Positions 17,773-27,085 of a stretch of DNA of 45,574 bases are shown here, piece by piece (the first letter of the stretch is position 1; every line of letters begins with the position of its first letter). A program made the translations under genes and the position numbers. Below the pieces are notes generated by a model. The model searched no databases. It saw only the letters and a program-made list of their open reading frames with translations, and was not told the origin of the DNA. Source of the DNA: Candidatus Sumerlaeota bacterium (GTDB taxonomy: Bacteria; Sumerlaeota; Sumerlaeia; SLMS01); contig SLOM01000150.1 in NCBI GenBank assembly GCA_007132505.1, positions 1 through 45,574 of the forward strand. Direction: 5' to 3'.

Positions 17773-19074
17773 TCAGGTGGGCACCCCCGCCAGCCGGGCG
17801 AGCCGCACGCGGTCCATCCGCCACACAATGAAGGGAAGCACTCCGGCCAGCAGCGCGGCGATGGCGATGCCGAGGGGAATGGCCAGGAAGGACTCCGTGG
17901 CGCTGGCTAGCCAGGCGGCTGCGAGGGGCGCTGCGGCCGTGGAGCCGTTCCGCACCGCATTGACGGTGCCCTGCAGGCGGCCGAGCACGGCCACTCCGTA
18001 GCGTTCCGGCCAGAGGATCGCGTTGCCCGCCGTGGAGATGCCCGCTGCCACTCCAAGCAGACTCCCATAGGCCAGCGCCATCACCATCGCGGGCAGCGGA
18101 AGGACCACCGTCCCGCACGCCAGAGCGACGAACACCCCCGAGAGCGTGATGTTCCACATGCTGGGCAGCCTCTCGAACAACAGGCCGGAAGCGTAGGAAG
18201 AACCGATCCGCAAGAGCGCGAAGGCCGCGAAGATGGCCGGAATCAGCTCCACGCGCCAGCCATAGGACTCCACAAGCGCCACCTGGTGGAAGATCAACGC
18301 CGTCAGGGCGAACGGCACCAGCGAAACACCGATCACGAGAATCCAAAAGGGCACGCTCATGATGATGGGGATGGCGGCCGTTGCCTCCGTTGTTTCCCGG
18401 GGCGAGCCGGCGGGTTTCTCCTCCGCGGTGGAGGCTGGCGGGTCGCGCATGGGCAGGGAGATAAGCGGGGCAACGAGCACCAGATACAGCACGGCGAAGA
18501 AGAGGAGCGATTCCCTCCAGCCGAGCCACCGGATCAGTCCCTGCACGATCCCGGGGAAGACCAGTTCCCCGAACGCGAACCCAAGCCCAACAATGGCGAT
18601 GGCCCGGCCACGATGCTGGTCGAACCAGAGCGCCGTCGTCCTTATGGAGCCGATGGCGATGGAGCCCTGGCCCAGCATGCGCAGGATGTAGATGGCGAGG
18701 CCGAGCGTCAGTACACCGGTGACGAAGGGCAGGCCCAGCAGGGCCAGACCCATCCCCGCGAACACGATGACGAAGAACAACCGGCTGGAGACCTTGTCCG
18801 CCAGGTACCCCACCAGAGGCAGAGTCAGCGCGGCCAGCAAAGTGGCCACCGCATAGACGGAGCTGATGGCCACGCGCTCCAGGCCAAGCATCTCCATGAG
18901 CGGTTCGAGATAGAGGGAAATGACGAACGTCTGGCCGGGCGATGACAGGGCACATGCCAGGAATCCGAGCAGGACGATCTTCCAGCCGTAGAAGCCGGGG
19001 TTGGGGAAGGCCTTCTCCAGCATGCCCGCGGGGCGTACTGGCGGGACAGCTGGCTGGGAATCGGGTGGGGTCAC
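17773..19074 (-). CDS. MFS transporter
   Basis: FYGWKIV, SSPGQTF, GYLADKVSSR (motif A), WFDQHRGRA, ERYG...LGRLQG and about 12 TM segments. Confidence 0.9.
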   Translation of the reverse strand: MTPPDSQPAVPPVRPAGMLEKAFPNPGFYGWKIVLLGFLACALSSPGQTFVISLYLEPLMEMLGLERVAISSVYAVATLLAALTLPLVGYLADKVSSRLFFVIVFAGMGLALLGLPFVTGVLTLGLAIYILRMLGQGSIAIGSIRTTALWFDQHRGRAIAIVGLGFAFGELVFPGIVQGLIRWLGWRESLLFFAVLYLVLVAPLISLPMRDPPASTAEEKPAGSPRETTEATAAIPIIMSVPFWILVIGVSLVPFALTALIFHQVALVESYGWRVELIPAIFAAFALLRIGSSYASGLLFERLPSMWNITLSGVFVALACGTVVLPLPAMVMALAYGSLLGVAAGISTAGNAILWPERYGVAVLGRLQGTVNAVRNGSTAAAPLAAAWLASATESFLAIPLGIAIAALLAGVLPFIVWRMDRVRLARLAGVPT

Positions 19075-19126
19075 ACGTGGACCTTTCCTGCCGCCGGGGA
19101 GAGTGCGGCAAACTGCGGAGGACGGG

Positions 19127-19156
19127 AAGGTTCCCGGTCCGGGTGCCGGGAGTCAA
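19127..19156 (-). promoter_or_regulatory. Putative sigma70 promoter of the MFS gene
   Basis: TTGACT-N18-AACCTT on the minus strand. Confidence 0.35.
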
Positions 19157-19180
19157 TGACCGCGCAGTGCGTATAGACTT

Positions 19181-19209
19181 CGGGCCGGTCCGTTGAAGGG
19201 ACCGGCCCG
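19181..19209 (-). terminator. GC-rich hairpin downstream of pilC
   Basis: CGGGCCGGTCC-gttgaag-GGACCGGCCCG, a perfect 11-bp stem 25 nt after the pilC stop. No U-tract. Confidence 0.5.
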
Positions 19210-19234
19210 GAGCGTCTTCGCAAGTGGCCGCGGG

Positions 19235-20470
19235 CTACTCCCCGATGAGCTGCGGAATATTGAACAGGGGCAGGTAGAGCGCGATGACGATGAAACCGAC
19301 GATCGCACCGAGCAACACAATGAGCAGGGGCTCGATGATGGACGCCAGGGCGTTCACCGTGTCGTCCACCTCGCGCTCGTAGGCCTCCGCCACCTTGTTC
19401 AGCATCTGGTCAATGGCGCCTGTTTCCTCGCCGACGGCGACCATGTGGACAACCAGGGGCGGGAACACGTAGCATCGCGCGAGCGGCTCATGGATCGTGT
19501 CACCGTCCCGCACGGAGTTATAGACATCGTCCATGGCCCGTGCGACGACCTCGTTGCCGGAGCTGTCCCGCACAATGTCGAGCGCCTGCAGAATCGGCAC
19601 ACCGGAGTGAATCAGTGTGGCGAGCGTGCTGGCAAAGCGCGTGATGGCGATCTTCTGGAGGAGCGGGCCGAAGATAAGGATCTTCAGCTTGATCCTGTCG
19701 AACACGTACTTGCCGTTTCGCGTCCGGTTGATCTGACCGTAGATCACGAAGATGAGCACGATGCCGAGGATAACCCAGATGGTTTGCTGGGCGAGGATAT
19801 TGGAAATCTGGATGAGTACTTCCGTCAGGTAGGGCAGTTCCTCGGCGCCGAGCTGCTCGAAGATGTCCCGGAAGGCCGGGATGATATACACCATGATGAA
19901 GGTGACGATGCCGCCGGCGAGCACCGAGACAACGACCGGATACATCATGGCGGACTTGATCTTGCCCTTGAGCGCCTGGCGTTTCTCGAGGAACTCCGCC
20001 ACCTTGTTGAGCACGACCTCCAGCACACCGCCGATCTCACCGGCGCGCACCATGTTAACGTAGAGGTTGTCGAACACGCGGGGGTGACGCGCCAGCGCCT
20101 CGGAGAGCGATCCGCCCCCCTCGATGGTGTCAATCATGTCCTGGATCTTGTCGGCGAAGATGACCGACTCGACCTGCTCGCGCAGAATGCCCAGCGAGCG
20201 CACGATGGGAAGCCCCGCGTCAATCAGCGTGGCCAACTGACGCGTGAAGGTCATGAGCTGCTTGGCGGTGATGCGGTGGAAGACGTACTTGAGGAGAGGC
20301 AGGGCGCTGAGGTCGGCGCTGGCCGCGCTTTTCTTGTGCGGGCGCACCTTGAGCGGATAGTATCCCATGCCCCGAAGCCGCTCGACGATCTGCTCTTCGT
20401 TGGCGGCTTCGATCACGCCTTTGACCTGCTTGCCGCCCTTGTCCAATGCTTCGTATGTAAACTCGGCCAT
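19235..20470 (-). CDS. pilC: Type IV pilus assembly platform protein PilC (T2SS F family)
   Basis: MAEFTYEALD, FTRQLATLIDAGLPI, LYVNMVRAGEIGG, KIKSAMMYP, VGEETGAIDQML, IEPLLIV...LYLPLF. Confidence 0.95.
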   Translation of the reverse strand: MAEFTYEALDKGGKQVKGVIEAANEEQIVERLRGMGYYPLKVRPHKKSAASADLSALPLLKYVFHRITAKQLMTFTRQLATLIDAGLPIVRSLGILREQVESVIFADKIQDMIDTIEGGGSLSEALARHPRVFDNLYVNMVRAGEIGGVLEVVLNKVAEFLEKRQALKGKIKSAMMYPVVVSVLAGGIVTFIMVYIIPAFRDIFEQLGAEELPYLTEVLIQISNILAQQTIWVILGIVLIFVIYGQINRTRNGKYVFDRIKLKILIFGPLLQKIAITRFASTLATLIHSGVPILQALDIVRDSSGNEVVARAMDDVYNSVRDGDTIHEPLARCYVFPPLVVHMVAVGEETGAIDQMLNKVAEAYEREVDDTVNALASIIEPLLIVLLGAIVGFIVIALYLPLFNIPQLIGE

Positions 20471-20524
20471 TCGAACGACTCCCGGCTTCCCGCGTCTTGT
20501 GTCCCGTTGGGTTGGGACCGTTGC

Positions 20525-20553
20525 AGGGTCCCCCTGCCTTCCGGCGCTGTCAA
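20525..20553 (-). promoter_or_regulatory. Putative sigma70 promoter of pilC
   Basis: TTGACA-N17-GACCCT on the minus strand, about 55 nt upstream of the ATG. Confidence 0.4.
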
Positions 20554-20639
20554 GGCCAGCGCTGGCCGCCGGACCGGCCGGTTCTCCTTGCCGGAAGGGC
20601 TGTTCGGGAGCAATTCTGCGGTTGGAGGTACTTGGTCCG

Positions 20640-21542
20640 ATGCCCCTGGGAGTCGCGCTCCCCCTCATCCTGGCTCTGGTCGTTGCTGCGACCGTGGCGC
20701 CGCTCAGGGCGGAGCAGCCATCCGTCCCGGACGGAAAAACGGGGCAGTTGACCGGGCGGGTGGACGGCCAGCGGGTCCATGGTCAATTCCACACCCGCTC
20801 CTTCGGCACCCACGAAATCACCACCTTCCGCGGTCAGGCCGGACAGGAGAGCATCCACGGCCGTGTGATCCGCTTCCCAACCGCGCGTGAGGGAACCAGC
20901 GGGCTCACGGTGCAGGGCCGGACGGGCTCACAGCGCTTCCATGCCACCGGCACCGAAAGGTGGGACCTCCCGGGTCGCGCCCACACAACATTGACGGGTG
21001 TGCCACCGGCCCGCATCCACGCGCACCGGGAGCACACCTCCGTCCCCGGAGCTGAGCGCCTCACGGCGAGATCACGAGTGGACGACCGTGGGGTGACCTT
21101 CAACGGCTTCATCCAGCACCTGGACGGCCGGCCGGGCATGACCGGTTATTGGGACCCGCGGGAGAGGCTCGGGAGCTTGCGGCCCTCCGCGGCGGCCCGT
21201 CACCTCGGTCCGCGCCACTTCGAGGGCCGGGACGATGCCGCCTCCCACCTCCGGAGCCGGCCCGTCACAATAACTCCCGCCCAACCGGACGCGCAACGGC
21301 CGCGGGTGCTGACCACCACACCGGAACGCACACGAACCGTGCGCCCCCGGGAAACGCGCTCCACCACGATCATCCGCACGCCGGAATCCGCCCCCCGTGC
21401 GGGCGTTGAGGTGCACCGCCAGACGGTCCGCCCGGAGCGGACCACCTCCATCATCACACCCCGAACCACCCTCCCCCGCCCGGGGGAGTCAGGCCGGTCC
21501 TCTGGCGCGTCGAGCGGGAGCAGCCCCTTCCCGGAAAGGTGA
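20640..21542 (+). CDS. Secreted hypothetical protein with Gly-punctuated beta-strand repeats and a Thr/Arg/Pro-rich tail
   Basis: GGAGG RBS, signal peptide MPLGVALPLILALVVAATVAPLRA, fills the gap divergent from pilC. Confidence 0.65.
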   Translation: MPLGVALPLILALVVAATVAPLRAEQPSVPDGKTGQLTGRVDGQRVHGQFHTRSFGTHEITTFRGQAGQESIHGRVIRFPTAREGTSGLTVQGRTGSQRFHATGTERWDLPGRAHTTLTGVPPARIHAHREHTSVPGAERLTARSRVDDRGVTFNGFIQHLDGRPGMTGYWDPRERLGSLRPSAAARHLGPRHFEGRDDAASHLRSRPVTITPAQPDAQRPRVLTTTPERTRTVRPRETRSTTIIRTPESAPRAGVEVHRQTVRPERTTSIITPRTTLPRPGESGRSSGASSGSSPFPER

Positions 21543-21598
21543 CCCGCTGCGGCCGGAGCACCTTCGGCGCATCCCGCTCGTTCGTGGAGTGGCCTCAG

Positions 21599-21612
21599 TT
21601 GACCGTTGTCAA
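21599..21612. promoter_or_regulatory. Palindromic operator candidate TTGAC-N4-GTCAA (CRP/FNR-family geometry)
   Basis: Perfect inverted repeat TTGACcgttGTCAA in the intergenic region, about 120 nt upstream of the next gene. Confidence 0.4.
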
Positions 21613-21734
21613 ATGGGTCGGGGGGATGCACTCCACCGCTTTCCCGGGGGCCCCAAAAGCTTGACGTTGTCGGCGATGCCCGTCCACACCCAACCGGATT
21701 CGCGGCATGGATGCTGCCGGAAAGGTGGGACGGA

Positions 21735-22781
21735 ATGGTGGGAAATGCGCATGAGGGACGCCAGATAAGCTGGAGCACATCGCCGGGGAGTGCTGTCCGG
21801 GCCGCGGCGCTTTTGCTTGCGATGCTGCCCGCGTGGGCCGGAGCCGACATCGTGCTGGGGACAGTGCTGAAGGAGCCCTTGCCCTGCGGCAGCGGCGAGG
21901 AATTCACCGTCCGCATCTTCCTGGACACCGAGCGCGATGACCTGCGGAGCGTGAACAGCCTGTTCACCTACAACTCCAATCGCTTTGAATACCGCTCCAC
22001 GACCGAGGCGCCCGGCTTCGAGGGCACCGTACAGGGAACGGGAGTCGAGTTCCTCAACCTTGGGACCTATTCATTCAGCATCTCGCGCGTGGATGAGGAC
22101 GAGTTCCTTCCCTCGATGTTCCTGGCGGATGTGACATTCCGGACAAAGGAATCGAACCTCTCCGGCCGGAGCTTCACCAACGAACCGCCGACCGATCCGC
22201 TCTTCGTGCGGGAAGGTGGCAGCACCTTTACCCGCCCGTTCGACCTTTCCCGCACCGAGCAGGTGACCTGTGGGCAGGGAGGGCTGGTGAACGCCGGGAC
22301 CGTTTCCGTGCGAAGCGAACTCGTGCAGACACCGGCCTGCGGCGAGGAGGGCACGGCCCGGGTGCGGCTGCACCTCGACACGGACATGCCCTTCGTTCAC
22401 GAGGCGTTCCTCACCGCACGCTACGACGCGGCGCGGTTCCGGCTCACGGGGAGCAGCTTTCTTGAGGAGTACGGTCCGGTGGATGGTTCGGTGGCCCCGC
22501 CCAACCCGTTTGATCCTGGGGAGGAGGTCCAGATTCAGTTCCGCCGGCCGGCAGGACAGGGTTCGCTCGGGCAGGGACCGTTCCTGGAACTGGAGTTCGA
22601 GGCGCGCGGGACGCTTGGCGAGGACGATCCGTTCGACCTGTTCACGGCCAGTGAGGACGCCGTCCTGTACCGCTTCCAGGGGATGGACCCCATGCAGGGA
22701 GCGGGTGATTTCTCTGCCACGGAGGGAATTTCCTGCCGTCAGGAGGCGGAGCCACCACCCGCCGCATGGATTTTCTACTGA
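21735..22781 (+). CDS. Secreted protein with two cohesin-like beta-sandwich domains
   Basis: Signal peptide ...AAALLLAMLPAWAGA. Two homologous units: C-GSGEEFTVRIFLDT...FTYNSNRFEY...LADVTFRT...DLSRTEQVTC and C-GEEGTARVRLHLDT...RYDAARFRL...FLELEFEA...DFSATEGISC. Start uncertain. Confidence 0.7.
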   Translation: MVGNAHEGRQISWSTSPGSAVRAAALLLAMLPAWAGADIVLGTVLKEPLPCGSGEEFTVRIFLDTERDDLRSVNSLFTYNSNRFEYRSTTEAPGFEGTVQGTGVEFLNLGTYSFSISRVDEDEFLPSMFLADVTFRTKESNLSGRSFTNEPPTDPLFVREGGSTFTRPFDLSRTEQVTCGQGGLVNAGTVSVRSELVQTPACGEEGTARVRLHLDTDMPFVHEAFLTARYDAARFRLTGSSFLEEYGPVDGSVAPPNPFDPGEEVQIQFRRPAGQGSLGQGPFLELEFEARGTLGEDDPFDLFTASEDAVLYRFQGMDPMQGAGDFSATEGISCRQEAEPPPAAWIFY

Positions 22782-22799
22782 GGGCGTATCCCAGGACGG

Positions 22800-22970
22800 T
22801 CAGACATCGGCAGGCGGGCGGCGCCCCGTCAGGGCTGAGAGCACAACGAGAACGATCCCAACCAGGAACAGGATGACGGCCAGATTCACGGCGACTTCCG
22901 CGATCCCGCTGAAGCCGAGCACGGCCGCGATGAGCGCGAGTACGATGAAGGTAATGGCCCAACCAATCAT
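22800..22970 (-). CDS. DUF1328 (YtjA/UPF0391) small membrane protein
   Basis: MIGWAITFIVLALIAAVLGFSGIAEVAVNLAVILF, with AAGGAG RBS. Confidence 0.93.
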   Translation of the reverse strand: MIGWAITFIVLALIAAVLGFSGIAEVAVNLAVILFLVGIVLVVLSALTGRRPPADV

Positions 22971-23071
22971 GGCATTTCTCCTTGAAAAGTAGTGAAATCT
23001 ACTTCCGGCGGTGAGGCTCTGGAACCGGTGCAGAAGCACCAGAACTGAGCTCCAACGCTTCAGAAGGGCGG

Positions 23072-23088
23072 GGCACATTCCAAGCCAG
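23072..23088 (-). promoter_or_regulatory. Putative sigma-54 (-24/-12) promoter for the DUF1328 gene
   Basis: Minus strand CTGGCTTGGAATGTGCC gives TGGC...TGC with exact GG-N10-GC spacing. An AT-rich tract lies upstream at 23158-23178. Confidence 0.4.
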
Positions 23089-23350
23089 CCCTCTGTTCCA
23101 CGCGGTGAGGTTGGCCTGATGACCGGGCCGGCCGAGCCACACAGTCCGTCACAGAACATTGAAAAAAATAATCTTAAGCTGCGCATCTGGGAAAAACCAT
23201 GAGATTGGACAGGTTCGCCTCATTGGCTCCCGGAATCCGACCTCTCCGCAGCCACCCGCGCCAGATCTGCCGGGCCCGGCACTTGCCTCCGCCACCAGCA
23301 GCTATTCTCCATTGCTTGCATGCGCCATGTGAGGAACCTTTCACGCCACG

Positions 23351-24475
23351 ATGCTTTCCCTTCACCCCCACCGCTCACCGGACCGCGACGCGGACCCCGG
23401 CCTGCTCGACAAGCTGAAGGTTGTCACGTTCTTCACGACAACCCGCTGTAACGCCCGCTGCGAGACGTGCTTTTACTGGAAGTCCCTCAACGATGCGGAC
23501 GAGCAAGCCATGAAGCTTGACGAGATCGAGCAACTCACCTCAACCATGCCACGGTTCGACCACCTGCTCTTTAGCGGCGGCGAGCCTGTCATGCGCAAGG
23601 AGATCGTGGAGATCGCGAAGATCTTCGCGGACAACTGCGGCATTATGTCGCTCGACATGCCGACCAATGGCCTGCTTCCCAAGAGGGTCGAGGAGGTGGC
23701 CGAGCGGGTCCTGGAGGAGATGCCGCATCTTTTCTTCACCGTGGGCCTCTCGCTGGACGGGCTGGAGGAGACCCACAACCGCATCCGGGGCGTGCCGGGC
23801 AACTGGGCCAAGTCCATGGAGACTCTCCGCCGGCTGGCCGCCTTGCGCGCGCGCCGTATGGAGAAGTTCCGCCGTGGCGAGGGACCGGAGCCGAAGCTGC
23901 GCCTCATGTCCCTCACATGCATCAACAACCAGAACATCGAAGAGATGGAGGCGCTGGCCAAGGTCATGGCCGCCAACCCGGAGATGGACGGCATGACGTT
24001 CGAATGCCTGCGCGGCACGCCGAAGGACCCGACAATGCGGCCGCCCACGCCCGAGCAGTTCGACCGCGTGGTGCGCCTGTCCATGGAGTACAACGCGGAG
24101 CTGTTCGCCCGGCGCTTCCCCCACTACCGGGCCACGTGGCTTGCCTATACACGGAACCTTTACCGCTTCCAGCGCGAGCACCTCACCGTGGGCAAGATTC
24201 CCGCCACGTGCCAGGCGGGGATCGCCCTTGCGGTCATCGAGCCGGACGGGCGGGTGCGCCTTTGCGAGTTGCTGGACGACGTCGGCAGCCTCCGGGAAGA
24301 GGGCCTCGACTGGAAGGCCGTCTGGCTCGGGCCAAAGGCCGTGGCACAGCGGCGCTGGATACGCGAGGCACGGTGCTCCTGTACCCACTGCGTGAACCTT
24401 GGACACAGTATAGACGGTGCCCTCGCGACGCGCACACGGCGGAAGCTGGACCAGTTCGTCTACTCAAGGACTTAG
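23351..24475 (+). CDS. Radical SAM protein with C-terminal SPASM/twitch-type Cys cluster
   Basis: TTRCNARCETC (CxxxCxxC), FSGGEP, PTNG, SLDG...HNRIRG, CQAG...IEPDGRVRLCE...CSCTHC. Confidence 0.92.
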   Translation: MLSLHPHRSPDRDADPGLLDKLKVVTFFTTTRCNARCETCFYWKSLNDADEQAMKLDEIEQLTSTMPRFDHLLFSGGEPVMRKEIVEIAKIFADNCGIMSLDMPTNGLLPKRVEEVAERVLEEMPHLFFTVGLSLDGLEETHNRIRGVPGNWAKSMETLRRLAALRARRMEKFRRGEGPEPKLRLMSLTCINNQNIEEMEALAKVMAANPEMDGMTFECLRGTPKDPTMRPPTPEQFDRVVRLSMEYNAELFARRFPHYRATWLAYTRNLYRFQREHLTVGKIPATCQAGIALAVIEPDGRVRLCELLDDVGSLREEGLDWKAVWLGPKAVAQRRWIREARCSCTHCVNLGHSIDGALATRTRRKLDQFVYSRT

Positions 24476-24661
24476 AGTTCCTGTCGGGAGGGTGCTTCAC
24501 CACGGGGGCTGCTTCTCGCGAGCCTTTCAGGTTCGCCCGGCACCAGAAAACGTCCGCGATGCGTGACCCGGACGCCCGTCAACTCCTTGTCTCCGCTTCT
24601 CCGTGGCGGGTCTTGTCTTTTCGGACTGAAGAAGAGATTGGACTGACGCACCAAATCCGCG

Positions 24662-25426
24662 TTATTGGCGCCGGGCGAGAAGGATGCAGCGGGAGCTGGC
24701 CTCGGGGTCGAGCGGCTCGCCTGTATAGTCACCCCACCGATGCACCACGGCGAGGCCGCTCCGCGCGATGGCCTGCTCCAGTTCCGCGGGGCTGTACAGA
24801 CGGACGCTCTCCCACACCTCGCGCCCGGGGACTCCGTCCACCCATTCCTGCTGATGCTTGAGGGCCCGGCGCCCGTCCGGCGAGATGCTCCGCTGAATCA
24901 GCCAGACGCCCCCGGGGGTTTCTGACGGGAACCTTTCGTGAGGTGTTTGTTTCGTCGCGTGCAGGGCCGGCTCCCGGTTCAGGAAGTCCAGCAGGAACCA
25001 CCCCCCGGGCTCCAGCACGCGCGCCACCTCCGCCAGCACGGCGAAATTCTCCTCATCCGTTTCGAAGTAGCCGAACGCGGTGAAAAAGTTGGTCACCAAG
25101 CGGAACACACGGTCCCGAAGGGGAAGGTGCCGCATGTCAAGCCGCACCAGGGGAAGGCTGTGTCCGGCTCCGGCGGCGGCACGGGCAGCACTGCGGAGCA
25201 ACGGGTGGGAGAGGTCGCCGCCGGTCGTGGCAATGCCCGCTTCGCGCAGGGCCAGCGCGTGACGCCCGGCACCGCAGCAGAGATCGAACGCCGGACCGCG
25301 GAAGCCTTCCGGGAGATGCCGCGCCAGCAGGCGCACGCCACGCTCTGCCTCCTCGCGGTTGCGGTGTGAGTAGCGCTGCAGGTAATCCGCGTCAAAAGCG
25401 GTTTCGTACCATTCTCCGAGCTTCAT
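24662..25426 (-). CDS. Class I SAM-dependent methyltransferase
   Basis: WYETAFDADY, FDLCCGAGRH (motif I), DMRHLP, NFFTAFGYF, LEPGGWFLLDFLN. Confidence 0.92.
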   Translation of the reverse strand: MKLGEWYETAFDADYLQRYSHRNREEAERGVRLLARHLPEGFRGPAFDLCCGAGRHALALREAGIATTGGDLSHPLLRSAARAAAGAGHSLPLVRLDMRHLPLRDRVFRLVTNFFTAFGYFETDEENFAVLAEVARVLEPGGWFLLDFLNREPALHATKQTPHERFPSETPGGVWLIQRSISPDGRRALKHQQEWVDGVPGREVWESVRLYSPAELEQAIARSGLAVVHRWGDYTGEPLDPEASSRCILLARRQ

Positions 25427-26853
25427 CGTGCCTCCGGATCCCGCGTCTTCCCTCGAAGACGCTTCCGGAGGCGATTCTCGCGCCGGGCCAGTTCGGAAAG
25501 CAGCGTTTCCATGCCCGCCAGCACGCCATTTCCCGCATAGGAGGCAAGCTCAACCCGGAGCTCCCCCTTGCGCCTGACCTGCTCCACTGCCCGGAGTGCC
25601 GCGGCGAAGTCCTTCGCCACATGTTCGTGGTACTTGGCCAGTTCGGTGGCGGCCTGCACGGCGATGAGCCAATCGTTGCTCGTGGCGAGCGCGGACCAGG
25701 TTTCCACGGCAAGCGGCCACTCGCGCAGGCGCTTGTGCGCCGCGGCAAGGCGCAGGAGGAGCGGGGTCTCCTCCGCGATGCCGGGGGCTCTTTCGAGGGC
25801 ACGTTCCAGTGCCCGGGCGGCTCCGGCGGGATCGCGGCGCCGTTCGTGGTGCCGGGCCAGGGCGGCGAACTCGGCCCAGTGCGAGAGCTCTCCCCCGCCG
25901 AAGGGGTCCGCCGCGATGCGCAGCGCCTTCTCGAGCAGTCCGCCGAGCGTCGCGATGTCCTGCACGTTGTGACTGAGGACAGCCGGGAGCAGACGCGGGT
26001 GGCGCCCCTGGCTGAGGTCGAAGAACACGCGGGGAATCAGGGAGCCGTCAATGTCCGGCCCGCGGTCGAGCCCGAGCACGTCCAGCTCGACCTGCTTCAG
26101 GGACACCGAGGGCAGCACCCCGCGCCAGAACCGCCGGCAGAAGGGCAGCAGGTCCACGTTCGGCCGGCGGAAGGGGCCGGGCCGGCAGCGGTTCATGATG
26201 GCCCGGGTGCGGAGCAGCGGAACATCGAACGTCCGGCCGTTGTAAGTACAGAACAGCCGGAACTGGCTGAGCCGCTCCGCCAGCAGGTACACCTTCGCCG
26301 GCTCGTGCGGGAAGTCGCGGATGAGGTACTGCTCCACGACGAACTGCCAGCGGCCCGCCCCATCGCGCTCCCACCAGCCAAGACCGGTTAGGAAGACAAC
26401 CGTCCCGGTCCCTCCGGCGAGACCGCTGGTCTCCGTGTCGAGGAAACAGACGTCCCCGATGCCACAGCGACCGGCCTCCCGGCAATCCCCCGGAGGGAGC
26501 AGCTCACCCAGTACCGGGGCCGGGAGCTCTCTCCAGTCATCCAGCCCGTACGAGCGAATGGGAAGGCCGGGGGCACTCTCTCCGGTGCGGTCCGCGCCGG
26601 GGAGTGGCAACACCAGCCTGCGGTGCAGGACGCCGCCCTCCTGTTCGGTGAAGCCGGCAAAGTCCCGTTCGAGGGACTCCGGCTCCGGTGACGGATGGCG
26701 TCCGCTCTCCCCGGCGTAGTACTCAGAGGCTGGGAATATGTGGTCGTACTTGCCGGAGCGAACCTGCTCCAGCAGTTCCTCGCGCCGGCGCTTCCTGGCC
26801 GCCAGGTTGCTGAGTTGCCGCTGAATGGAGGATGCCGAATCCAAAATCGTCAC
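25423..26853 (-). CDS. YprB/MrfB-like RNase H-fold DEDDh exonuclease with TPR tail
   Basis: FLDTETSGLAGGTGT, TYNGRTFDVPLL, DLLPFCRRFW, SLKQVE...LG, HNVQDI. C-terminal ELAKYHEH TPR region. Start uncertain. Confidence 0.85.
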   Translation of the reverse strand: MTILDSASSIQRQLSNLAARKRRREELLEQVRSGKYDHIFPASEYYAGESGRHPSPEPESLERDFAGFTEQEGGVLHRRLVLPLPGADRTGESAPGLPIRSYGLDDWRELPAPVLGELLPPGDCREAGRCGIGDVCFLDTETSGLAGGTGTVVFLTGLGWWERDGAGRWQFVVEQYLIRDFPHEPAKVYLLAERLSQFRLFCTYNGRTFDVPLLRTRAIMNRCRPGPFRRPNVDLLPFCRRFWRGVLPSVSLKQVELDVLGLDRGPDIDGSLIPRVFFDLSQGRHPRLLPAVLSHNVQDIATLGGLLEKALRIAADPFGGGELSHWAEFAALARHHERRRDPAGAARALERALERAPGIAEETPLLLRLAAAHKRLREWPLAVETWSALATSNDWLIAVQAATELAKYHEHVAKDFAAALRAVEQVRRKGELRVELASYAGNGVLAGMETLLSELARRENRLRKRLRGKTRDPEAR

Positions 26854-27085
26854 GCCCCTGAATCGGTGCCTTCCCACAGCCGAAAGAAAGGCGAATCCAG
26901 GGGCTTTGGGGCAACGGGAAAGCGGTGGCCCTGAGAAACCGTCGGCAGAGCCGCGGCGGCGGGAACTGCTGCACCCCCTCGCCAAGCGGGAGATTTGGCT
27001 TTACCCCCGGACGGGCGAGCGGACGAATTGGGCCAACGCGTTTCCGTTCCGGAAAGACACAAATTCGACGAGGCGGAGTTTCCGC

